A stretch of DNA of 32,000 bases from Halomicrobium mukohataei DSM 12286 (GCF_000023965.1 NC_013202.1:2820001-2852000); one strand, 5' to 3'; shown: positions 8,154 to 15,754, counted from the stretch's first letter. Translations and numbers: made by a program. The notes: a model not told the origin generated them from the sequence alone.

Positions 8154-8179
8154 TCGACCGCACGCCGTCGTGCGGTCGA
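8154..8179 (-). terminator. Strong 11-bp hairpin downstream of the zinc-finger gene (putative terminator)
   Basis: TCGACCGCACG-ccgt-CGTGCGGTCGA is a perfect stem, about 60 nt after the stop at 8240. On the transcribed strand it is followed by TCTTGTAAAG. Confidence 0.4.
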
Positions 8180-8239
8180 CTGGGTAAACGCCTACAACCG
8201 TCCGTATCAGTCACGAACTGCGAGAGCAGCGAGACGCAG

Positions 8240-8545
8240 CTACGGCGCACTCTCGTCGCCTTCGAGGCGGTCGATGACTTCTCTGATGTCGGCGCTCTCC
8301 TCGATGCTCTCCTTGACGTTCTCACGGCGGCGGACCTCGGAGGCGTCGGCGTCGTAGGCTCGGACGTACTCGGCGCGGCTGTGTTCGTCGAACGCGTGAC
8401 GGATCGCGAAGTAGCCGTCGGGAAGCACCGCCCCACAGACCTTGCACGCGATCCGCTCGTGTTCGATAGACTGGTGGACGATGAGGTCCTCCACGCGTTC
8501 GAAAACTTCGCCGTCGGCGTCGATCGCACACTCCCAGCGTGGCAT
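8240..8545 (-). CDS. Small C2H2-type zinc-finger protein (101 aa)
   Basis: MPRWECAIDADGEVFERVEDLIVHQSIEHERIACKVCGAVLPDGYFAIRHAFDEH... contains CxxC-x12-HxxxxH plus an upstream C...HxxxxH, and has an acidic tail. A TATA-like TTTTTATG lies about 25-32 nt upstream of the ATG (8543-8545). The 452-aa ORF-track version is an Arg-rich over-extension. Confidence 0.7.
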   Translation of the reverse strand: MPRWECAIDADGEVFERVEDLIVHQSIEHERIACKVCGAVLPDGYFAIRHAFDEHSRAEYVRAYDADASEVRRRENVKESIEESADIREVIDRLEGDESAP

Positions 8546-8628
8546 TATCCGAGGGGATGCGAGCCGAGCATAAAAACGTTCGTCACGGACGGCGTCGAGC
8601 GGGGCTCCAGACGGATCTGCCTCGCCGA

Positions 8629-8946
8629 TCACGGCCCGTGTTCGAGCCGGTGTTCCCGGTAGAGGACGGCGGTAAAGAGGGCGAACGGGAGCAATCCGAC
8701 GAGTGTCAGACCGAGACCTGCTGCGAGCAGCGGCGGCGGTGTCAGCGATTGGACGACCCAGAGTGTGACGACAGCGCCGGAGGCGATGAAAGACAGGACG
8801 CTGAGGATGACCAGCCCGAAACTCCACTTGCGGAGTTGCCAAGGGAGGTTCTGGGACTTGCGGAGCATCTGGATCAGGACGGCGATCGGCGGGATCACGA
8901 GTGCGACGAGCTGGAACAGCGCCAGTGCGACATCGAGGTCGGTCAT
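8629..8946 (-). CDS. Small membrane protein (105 aa, about 3 TM), unknown function
   Basis: Hydrophobic ORF whose ATG overlaps the stop of the upstream propeller gene (ATGA at 8943-8946). Confidence 0.6.
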   Translation of the reverse strand: MTDLDVALALFQLVALVIPPIAVLIQMLRKSQNLPWQLRKWSFGLVILSVLSFIASGAVVTLWVVQSLTPPPLLAAGLGLTLVGLLPFALFTAVLYREHRLEHGP

Positions 8947-9848
8947 CGCTCACCCTCCGCTCGGCGCTCAACGATGGTACCACCGTCGCCGACGGCCACG
9001 TCGGTCGGGCCGAGCGCGACCGAGCGAAGCACCCGCTCGGTCTCGGTGGCTTCGAGCGTCCATCGCTGGTCGCTGGTACAGCGCGTGATCCCACCGCCGT
9101 CGCCGACGGCGACGATCCGGTCCGTCTCGGCGTCGATGCCGCGGAGCGTCTGTGGCGCTGCTCTGACCGGCGTCCAGTTGCGACACGGGACATCGTACCG
9201 GTAGACGAGACCGCCGTCGCCGCTGACGAATAGTCCCGTCTGGGCGGCCGTGAGGTCTGTGAAGTTGACCTGTGCGTTCCTGATCCCGATACGCGTCCAC
9301 TCGTCGTCGCGCAGAGCGTAGACGTTGCCGCTTGTGTCGGTGCCGTAGACGATGCTGTCGGCGGCGTCGAGTGCCGACAGCGTCGATCCCGAGCCGGGTT
9401 TGACGACGCCACCGAACGTCGGGCACTGATCGGCGTCGAGGTCCGCCCGAACCACTTCACCCGAGCTGTTGGCGACGACGAGTCGCTCCTCACCGGGCTC
9501 GCCGGAGATCGTAATAGCACACCAGGAACTCGTCTTCTCGTCGGGCGCGGAGAAGTCAGACTTGCGTTCGGAAGCGGTGTCCCACAGACCGAGGACACCG
9601 CTAGAGCCAGCGAACCAGCTCCGTTCGCCGTCGTCGGAGACGGTCGCGGCGTTCAGCGTCGCCGACCGTGCGTTGGGGCCACTGTCGATGACGACCCGCC
9701 AGTCGCCGTCCGGCGGTCGTCCGACGACAGTCCCTGCCTCTCCGACGGCGAGGGGACCGGCTGCCGTCCAGACGGCACTCGTCAGCGTCTTGCTCGTCGG
9801 GGAGCTGACGGTACGCCAGCGTGGCTGGGTCGACGACTCCGTCGTCAC
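8943..9848 (-). CDS. Seven-bladed beta-propeller protein (Ycf48/BNR-like fold), no obvious signal peptide
   Basis: Seven repeats of the xVGxxGxhh...W type: AVGEAGTVVG, FAGSSGVLG, VANSSGEVV, TDTSGNVYA, VSGDGGLVY, AVGDGGGIT, AVGDGGTIV. It is a clear paralogue of 15816-16784. I chose the start at in-frame GTG 9848, preceded by GAGGTG. The longer ORF-track start overlaps the upstream membrane gene and is Arg-rich. Confidence 0.7.
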   Translation of the reverse strand: MTTESSTQPRWRTVSSPTSKTLTSAVWTAAGPLAVGEAGTVVGRPPDGDWRVVIDSGPNARSATLNAATVSDDGERSWFAGSSGVLGLWDTASERKSDFSAPDEKTSSWCAITISGEPGEERLVVANSSGEVVRADLDADQCPTFGGVVKPGSGSTLSALDAADSIVYGTDTSGNVYALRDDEWTRIGIRNAQVNFTDLTAAQTGLFVSGDGGLVYRYDVPCRNWTPVRAAPQTLRGIDAETDRIVAVGDGGGITRCTSDQRWTLEATETERVLRSVALGPTDVAVGDGGTIVERRAEGER

Positions 9849-9903
9849 GGCTCGACACCTCGTGTGTGTCCCGCTCGAGGTCGACAGACGGCAGCAAGGC
9901 CGT

Positions 9904-10221
9904 TCAGACGGCCGCAAACAGGAGTGTCGAGAGCGCCCACGTCCCGAACCCGACGGCCAGACTCGCGGGCCAGGTGGTGTGGCAGAACCGTCGGACGACT
10001 GCACTCCAGACCAGCGGGGAGAGGACGACCCCGAGGACCGGAATCCAGCCGAGCAGGAAGTCGACCGTACCGGCGAGCAGGAGGCCGACGAGTGCCGTCG
10101 CCGTCGCTTCGGGGTAGGTGACCGCTTCCGCTTCGGGGATCACCTCGAGGCCGGCGTAGATCGCCGGGCCGAACAGGAAAAATCCCGCGAACAGTCCGAC
10201 GACCGCATGGACGAGACTCAT
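9904..10221 (-). CDS. Small membrane protein (105 aa, about 3 TM), unknown function
   Basis: Hydrophobic ORF MSLVHAVVGLFAGFFLFGPAIYAG... Its ATG directly abuts the stop of the upstream small ORF (TGAATG). Confidence 0.65.
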   Translation of the reverse strand: MSLVHAVVGLFAGFFLFGPAIYAGLEVIPEAEAVTYPEATATALVGLLLAGTVDFLLGWIPVLGVVLSPLVWSAVVRRFCHTTWPASLAVGFGTWALSTLLFAAV

Positions 10222-10458
10222 TCATCTGGCACCTCGCTCCGGCCGAGCGCTGTCGTTGCGGTCGGCTGGTTCCGTAGCGACGTGTTCGAGGGGCTGTCCG
10301 GGCTGCCGTTCGAACACGTAGACGACGGGTCGGTCTGGATCCGCAATCTGATAGCGCTCGCTGCGAGGGGTCGGTCCAGCGAGCGAGCGAAGTAGTTCGG
10401 TCAGTTCGGTCAGGTCGAGCTGTGCGTCCGTGTCGGTGTCATGTTTTTCGTGGATCAT
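10222..10458 (-). CDS. Small acidic soluble protein (about 78 aa), hypothetical
   Basis: MIHEKHDTDTDAQLDLTELTELLRSLAG... has an acidic composition typical of haloarchaeal proteins, and its stop abuts the next gene's ATG. A GTG at 10593 would give 123 aa, so the start is uncertain. Confidence 0.4.
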   Translation of the reverse strand: MIHEKHDTDTDAQLDLTELTELLRSLAGPTPRSERYQIADPDRPVVYVFERQPGQPLEHVATEPADRNDSARPERGAR

Positions 10459-10627
10459 GTACTGTGTCGGTAGCGTCTGTGTCCGGCCGGCCACCTCGGA
10501 CGGCCCGGACACGGTCGGTCGAAGAAACGTTGCGTGGTCGGCCTCGTGTGTCCGTAGAAGCGACGACGGTGCCAGGGAGGACCCGACATCCACAGCACCG
10601 CAGTGTCGCGTCGCCCGCCACTGGCTG

Positions 10628-11011
10628 TCAGGTGCCGCTGGCAGTGGCGTCGGCGTGGTCGTTCGACAGACACGACAGCATCCAGCGGCGGTAGGCGAGC
10701 ATCGCGTTCTCGCCGTGGTCGGTCAGACTGTACCCCTTGGTTCGTCCGTCGATCGGGTAGGTCGTGACGAACCCCTGCTCCTGGAGCTTGTCCAGGTTCT
10801 GGTAGACACGGCTCCTGTTGATCTCCGTGTGCCAGATTCGCTCGAAAGAGCGCGTGATCGCCGCGCCACTTGGCCAGGTCTCGTCGCTGTCGACGATGAC
10901 AAGCAACACGTCGCGCTGGAACCCGGTCAAGTCGAGGACTGATTCGAGACGGTGAGTCACGTCGCTCTCAGTCGCCGTTTGTCCGTGGCGTTCAGATTTA
11001 TCTCTGGTCAT
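10628..11011 (-). CDS. PadR-family winged-helix transcriptional regulator (127 aa)
   Basis: GFQRDVLLVIV..., SRVYQNLDKLQEQGFV and DGRTKGYSLTDHG match the PadR wHTH pattern. The ATG is at the complement of 11009-11011. Confidence 0.8.
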   Translation of the reverse strand: MTRDKSERHGQTATESDVTHRLESVLDLTGFQRDVLLVIVDSDETWPSGAAITRSFERIWHTEINRSRVYQNLDKLQEQGFVTTYPIDGRTKGYSLTDHGENAMLAYRRWMLSCLSNDHADATASGT

Positions 11012-11021
11012 CTTCGATACT

Positions 11022-11038
11022 GGCGGGACTGTCCCGCC
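11022..11038. promoter_or_regulatory. Perfect 8-1-8 palindrome just upstream of the PadR start: candidate operator, or the coxA terminator stem
   Basis: GGCGGGAC-T-GTCCCGCC lies 11 nt upstream of the PadR ATG and about 90 nt downstream of the coxA stop. Confidence 0.3.
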
Positions 11039-11127
11039 ACGATCGCGGCCGGGAGTCGAACCCGACACCTGGCCTGAGTACCGGGCGCGATCAACGGACG
11101 CAGCCACGACGTCGAGGGATCGACCGA

Positions 11128-12663
11128 TCAGTCCCGAGACGTGTCGTCTCGTGTCCGCCACTCGTGGTCGATCGACCGAGGAACAGGACAGTTCTCGACC
11201 AGCTCGCCGTTCCGAACGGCCGTGACGACGTTCAACAGCCAGAGGAGCTGGCCGGTCGCGATTATGTACGCCCCGACAGTCGCTATTGTATGCCATACAG
11301 CAAAGTCGGCCGGATAGGTAGCCATCCGACGGGGTAGTCCGAGCGCGCCGGCCACGAGGAGCGGACAGAACGCGAGGACGGTTCCGACCGCAGTGAGCCA
11401 GAAGTGTGCTCGTGCGAGGCCGGGATCGTACCACCGACCGACGATCAGCGGGAACCAGTAGTAGCTCGCGGCGAACAGTGCCGTCGTGATTGTGCCGACC
11501 AGCAGGAGGTGGAAGTGGCCGACGACGAAGGCGGTGCCGTGCAAGACGAGGTCGACGGGGATCGAGGCGAGGAACACACCAGTGACACCACCGAGGACGA
11601 ACAACGAGACCGCGGCGAGGCAAAACAGCATCGGCGCAGTCAGGCGGACCCTGCCGTTCCAGAGGGTCGTGATCCAGTTGAACGTCTTGACGGCGCTCGG
11701 GACGGCAATCGCCAGCGAGACAGCCATAAAACTCGCCTGCAACCGTGGATCGATGCCCGTCGTGAACATGTGGTGGGCCCAGACGCCAAACGAGAGCACG
11801 CCGATGGCCAGTGTCGAGTAGACCACGTACCGGAACCCGAACAGCCGGCGACCGGCGAACCGGGGGAGAATGTGACTGATGAGTCCCATCGCTGGGAGGA
11901 TGAGGATGTACACCTCGGGGTGGCCGAAGAACCAGAACAGGTGCTGAAAGAGGATCGGTCCACCGCCGTCCGTCGCGAAGAACACCGTGCCGACGTGGCG
12001 ATCGAGGAGCAACATCAACAGCGTGCTCCCGAGTACCGGGAACGCGAACAGCACCAGGCCGGCGGTCGTCAGCATCGACCAGCTGTAGATGTCGAGAGTC
12101 GCCCAGGTCACCGACTCCCGTTCCATCACGATGGTGACGATCAGGTTAACCGCGCTGAGGATCGTGCTGACGCCGGCCAGATGGAGACCGAGCAAGAGGA
12201 AGTCGAAGCCGAGTCCTGGACCCTCGACCGACAGCGGTGGGTACATGGTCCAGCCGGTCGCCGGTGGGGCGAGCCAGCCGACCCCCAGCAAGTGCCCGAC
12301 CGTCCCCGCCCGAGCCAGTACGAGAGCCGGCGGCAAGAGCCAGAACGCCGTCGCGTTGACTCGCGGGAAGGCCATGTCGTCGGCACCGATCAACAGCGGG
12401 ACGAGGTAGTTGGCGAAACCGAACGCGACCGGCGTCGCGAAGAAGAACAGCATCGTCACACCGTGTGTCGTGAAGAAGGCGTCGTATGTCCCGGGCGGCC
12501 AGAGGTCGACGGCCGGCGAGAGCAACTCCGTCCGCACTGCGAGCGCGTCCGTCCCACCCCAGACGCCAGAGAGGGCACCGAACAGCAGATAGTACCGCCC
12601 GATGTCGCGGTGATCGAGCGTCGTCAGCCACGGAGAGAGGACACCGGGCCGTCGGTCGGTCAT
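11128..12663 (-). CDS. coxA: Haem-copper oxidase subunit I (A-type cytochrome c/quinol oxidase CoxA), 511 aa, with no subunit II or III gene nearby
   Basis: All canonical ligand motifs are present: FTTHGVTMLFFF (haem a His), WFFGHPEVY (CuB His and cross-linked Tyr), WAHHMFTTG (CuB His pair), VVGHFHLLLVG (haem a3 / haem a His). The ATG overlaps the stop of the upstream gene (ATGA at 12660-12663). Confidence 0.9.
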   Translation of the reverse strand: MTDRRPGVLSPWLTTLDHRDIGRYYLLFGALSGVWGGTDALAVRTELLSPAVDLWPPGTYDAFFTTHGVTMLFFFATPVAFGFANYLVPLLIGADDMAFPRVNATAFWLLPPALVLARAGTVGHLLGVGWLAPPATGWTMYPPLSVEGPGLGFDFLLLGLHLAGVSTILSAVNLIVTIVMERESVTWATLDIYSWSMLTTAGLVLFAFPVLGSTLLMLLLDRHVGTVFFATDGGGPILFQHLFWFFGHPEVYILILPAMGLISHILPRFAGRRLFGFRYVVYSTLAIGVLSFGVWAHHMFTTGIDPRLQASFMAVSLAIAVPSAVKTFNWITTLWNGRVRLTAPMLFCLAAVSLFVLGGVTGVFLASIPVDLVLHGTAFVVGHFHLLLVGTITTALFAASYYWFPLIVGRWYDPGLARAHFWLTAVGTVLAFCPLLVAGALGLPRRMATYPADFAVWHTIATVGAYIIATGQLLWLLNVVTAVRNGELVENCPVPRSIDHEWRTRDDTSRD

Positions 12664-13865
12664 CGGTCTCGCCACCCGGCTCCCGTGACGTGTGTCCGCG
12701 CGAGTTCCCAGACACCGACGGCACCGATCGCAGTCGCGGACCCGAACGCGAGGACGGGGTCGACGGCGAAGAGGACGCCACCAAGTAGCGGTCCAGCGGC
12801 GACGACGACGGTTCGACGACGGTCGCTGGCCGGTCGGCAAATGGCACCACCGGCACGACGGGCGACGCCCGCGAGGGAGCGAGTGCCGTAGATCGCGAAG
12901 AGACCGCCCACGGCCAGCGGGGTCGGTGGCACACTCACGAGGACGAGGGGGAACGCCGCGACGACGAGGCTCCCGTAGACGAGGAGTGGTCTCGACCCGA
13001 TGGAACCGACGAGTCGGGGGCCAGCGGTGCGGGCCAGTGCTCCGGCGACGATCTCGACGAGCAAGAGGAGCCCGAAGGTCGCCGCCGATCCCAACTGGAT
13101 GCCGAGAACGGCCAGCTCGACGTCGAGAACCCTCGTGACGACCAAGACGACGAACACGGAGACCACGCCCATCGCCACCTCCAGCAGGGAATCCCCGAGG
13201 TGGGGGACAGTGCGGACACGCCGTGACGAGGGCTGCGATCCGGTGTCGTCGAGCGACAGCCAGAGCGCGCCCGCCGTCCCACCCAGCGCGACAGTCAGTG
13301 CGAGGACGATGCGAAAGCCCGCGGAAAACGACGCCGAGAGCACTAACACGATGATCGAGAGCACGAGTGGGCCGAGCACCCAGACGGGTCCGCCGGGTCG
13401 ACGAGTCGATCTCGACGCAGGTGGCCAGGCGTCCGCGAGCGGGACTCCGATCGCGGTGCGAGACCAGTACCAGGCCGCCGGACCGAGCCCACCGGCTGTG
13501 ACGGCCACCCAGAGAGCTAGCGTACTGTCCGTGACCGTCGGAGCGACCAGCCAGGCCAGCACTCCGGCGGTCGCACCAGCCACGAGCACTGGAAGCCTAC
13601 CGGTGTCTCGGCGATCCAACGCAGTGATCGCGAGCCAGAACGTGCCGAACGCACCGATCGCGACCGGACCGACGCCACGCACGCTGAGGTACTCCGGGAG
13701 AAATCGAACAACGACGTACAGTGCTCCGTCGAAGGTCGCCACCGATGCGACGGCCGCGAAGAGATCCGTCAGCGTGCGGTCGACGCGCACACCGTCGACG
13801 ATCTCGAACTGCTGGTCGGTCTCGGGACGGTGTCGCTCCGACTCGGCGACTGGCGGGTCGTCCAT
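12660..13865 (-). CDS. MFS-like polytopic membrane protein (401 aa)
   Basis: About 10-12 hydrophobic segments. ITALDRRDTGRLPVL resembles MFS motif A (D-R-x-x-G-R). The start MDDPPVAESE is preceded by GGAGGT, lies 2 nt after the upstream stop, and the gene is translationally coupled to coxA. Confidence 0.65.
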   Translation of the reverse strand: MDDPPVAESERHRPETDQQFEIVDGVRVDRTLTDLFAAVASVATFDGALYVVVRFLPEYLSVRGVGPVAIGAFGTFWLAITALDRRDTGRLPVLVAGATAGVLAWLVAPTVTDSTLALWVAVTAGGLGPAAWYWSRTAIGVPLADAWPPASRSTRRPGGPVWVLGPLVLSIIVLVLSASFSAGFRIVLALTVALGGTAGALWLSLDDTGSQPSSRRVRTVPHLGDSLLEVAMGVVSVFVVLVVTRVLDVELAVLGIQLGSAATFGLLLLVEIVAGALARTAGPRLVGSIGSRPLLVYGSLVVAAFPLVLVSVPPTPLAVGGLFAIYGTRSLAGVARRAGGAICRPASDRRRTVVVAAGPLLGGVLFAVDPVLAFGSATAIGAVGVWELARTHVTGAGWRDR

Positions 13866-13867
13866 CT

Positions 13868-15433
13868 TCAGGACCTCCGTTCGAGGGCGTTCCGGAATCG
13901 GTGTGTGAGCCACCGCCACCAGCGACCGAGACGTGCGGCGGCGGAGACGACGAGCAGCCACAGCCGGCGGGCGACCACCGTGAGTGGGACGATCGCACGC
14001 CGGAGGAGTGCCCAGCCTCGTTCGAGGTAGGCGGACAGTCGCGTCCAGCGGTCGTCGTCGTGGAGTGGGGTCGGAAGCGTCTCGAGGCCGGCGGTGTCTG
14101 CAGTGTCGGTGTGTGTCCGGACTCGTGTCCTCGCGGCCGAGAGCCACCCGCCGATCGCGAACAGTCCGAAGACGAAGGCGAGGTATGCCACGGAAAGTGC
14201 GACCGTGGCGAACTGGACGACAGATCGGATCGCGCTGACGCCGTCAGAGAGACGATCGGCGACAGTCTCTCGCCCGTAGGCACCGACGACTTCGGCCAGA
14301 AAGATCGGCGTGAACACGAGGTTCAGTATCGTCGTATACTCGCCCGAGAGGGTCCCGCCGACGGTCCCTTGCCGTGGGACGATTCCGAGACCGTTCAGCA
14401 CGTAGTGACTAACGACTCCAGCGACGATCGCGGCGGTCGCCAGTGTCACGAACAGTGTCGCAGCCATACGCCAGCCGTAGTATCGCCGGTAGAGACTGAG
14501 CAGCGGCGGGATCAGGAGGTCGGCGTAGATGAACGACAAGACACCGCCGAAGGGGAGGCCGTTGCGCCACAGGACCAGTGCGAACGGGACGTTGCCGACC
14601 GAACACATGAACGTCAGGATACCGATCAGGACCGCGACGACGGTGTTAGTGAGGACACCGACGAACGTCGACTGACTGCCAAACAGCGCCGTCCACCACG
14701 CCTGGGGCACCGCCGCACCGACGACGCCGGCGATCACGAACCCCAAAACGAGATCGCGGCCAATCATCTCCCAATCTTTGATCGTAGCTCGCGCGACGCT
14801 GCGCAGACTCTGTACGGTCAGGACCGCCCCGCCCTCGTCGTCGCTCTGTGCCCGAGCGACTTGGAGGCAGCCGCCACAGCAGTAGGTCCCGAGATCGCCA
14901 CCGACACGCTCTCTCGTTGCGTTTTCGGGATCGGTGATCGTCGCATCACAGGTCGGACAGGTCTCCTCGTCGTTGCGCCGAACGTGGGCTCGTGCGCGCT
15001 CGATCCACGCCTCCGGGACGACGTGCGTAAACGCCAGCACCATCACGACCACGGCAACGACGCCGCCGAGGTACTCGCCGACGACGAACTGCCAGCCCAG
15101 CAGGACCCACATGGCGAGGCCGAGTTCGATCACCAGATCCGTGCTGGCGAACATGAACGCGCCGAGCGAGGCCGGTGCCGAAGCGCCCTTCTTGAACAGG
15201 GTCTTTGTGGTCCCGACCGCCGAATACGAGCAACTCGACGACGCCGCTCCGAACAGTGCCCCCAGCGACACCTCGCGAACGCCGTCACCGCCGAGGACTG
15301 CCGTCATCGTCTGTCTGTCGACGAACACCTCGACAGCGCCCGACAGCGTCAATCCGAGGACGAGAGCCCACCAGGAGTCCCAGGCCATCTCGGCCGTGAG
15401 TGCAACCGCCGTCCGTAGTGTGTCGATGTACAT
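13868..15433 (-). CDS. DUF318 / SO_0444-like permease (putative Cu/Zn transporter) with an inserted TRASH-like cysteine motif
   Basis: GAASSSCSYSAVGTTKTLFKKGAS recalls the SO_0444/ArsP-type permease family. The central loop carries CPTC-x22-CCGGC, which fits the TRASH pattern C-x2-C-x19-22-C-x3-C. I set the start at MYIDTLR (ATG, complement of 15431-15433). Confidence 0.75.
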   Translation of the reverse strand: MYIDTLRTAVALTAEMAWDSWWALVLGLTLSGAVEVFVDRQTMTAVLGGDGVREVSLGALFGAASSSCSYSAVGTTKTLFKKGASAPASLGAFMFASTDLVIELGLAMWVLLGWQFVVGEYLGGVVAVVVMVLAFTHVVPEAWIERARAHVRRNDEETCPTCDATITDPENATRERVGGDLGTYCCGGCLQVARAQSDDEGGAVLTVQSLRSVARATIKDWEMIGRDLVLGFVIAGVVGAAVPQAWWTALFGSQSTFVGVLTNTVVAVLIGILTFMCSVGNVPFALVLWRNGLPFGGVLSFIYADLLIPPLLSLYRRYYGWRMAATLFVTLATAAIVAGVVSHYVLNGLGIVPRQGTVGGTLSGEYTTILNLVFTPIFLAEVVGAYGRETVADRLSDGVSAIRSVVQFATVALSVAYLAFVFGLFAIGGWLSAARTRVRTHTDTADTAGLETLPTPLHDDDRWTRLSAYLERGWALLRRAIVPLTVVARRLWLLVVSAAARLGRWWRWLTHRFRNALERRS

Positions 15434-15470
15434 CTTTGTCAAGCGAGAGTTGCGATCGGACCGAGCCAAA

Positions 15471-15497
15471 CCGACCGCACTGCGGTCGTGCGGTCGG
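15471..15497 (-). terminator. Strong 10-bp hairpin downstream of the HMA-domain gene (putative terminator or attenuator)
   Basis: CCGACCGCAC-tgcggtc-GTGCGGTCGG lies about 53 nt after the stop at 15551 and is followed on the transcribed strand by TTTGG. The arms share the 9-mers CGACCGCAC / GTGCGGTCG with the hairpin at 8154-8179. Confidence 0.4.
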
Positions 15498-15550
15498 GGC
15501 ACATCGGTCCCCGATAGCGCCGATACTACGATGGCCGAAAAAGGACCGTG

Positions 15551-15754
15551 TCAGTCCTCGACAGTGTAGCCGAGTGACTCGATCGTCTCGACGACCGATT
15601 CGATGGCACTGACCGGCCCCGCGACGGCCACCTCGTCGGCCGGTGCGTCGGCCGCGACCGTCTCGATACAGCACTGGTTAGCGATCTCTTCCTCGACCAT
15701 TTCCTCACAGTTCCGACAGACCATTCCGTCGACGTCGATGATGAACTTCGACAT
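15551..15754 (-). CDS. copZ: Heavy-metal-associated (HMA) domain protein, CopZ-like metallochaperone (67 aa)
   Basis: MSKFIIDVDGMVCRNCEEMVEEEI... carries the GMxCxxC metal-binding motif and has ferredoxin-like-fold length. Confidence 0.8.
   Translation of the reverse strand: MSKFIIDVDGMVCRNCEEMVEEEIANQCCIETVAADAPADEVAVAGPVSAIESVVETIESLGYTVED

Noticed and set aside
8546-9598. Upstream 350 codons of the 452-aa ORF 8240-9598(-).
   Set aside because: It overlaps the propeller and membrane genes in another frame and is Arg/Ser/Pro/Thr-rich. Only the C-terminal 101 aa (the zinc-finger protein from ATG 8545) looks like a real protein.
9849-10004. N-terminal 52 codons of the 353-aa ORF-track version of the propeller gene.
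   Set aside because: The segment overlaps the well-formed membrane ORF 9904-10221, encodes an Arg/Ser/Pro-rich peptide, and has no counterpart in the paralogue. The in-frame GTG at 9848, preceded by GAGGTG, fits better.
11041-11091. Possible tRNA gene.
   Set aside because: Only a T-arm-like stem-loop and a 3' acceptor-like strand are present. There is no space or sequence for D and anticodon arms, so it is not called as a tRNA. It is kept only as a low-interest possible att scar.
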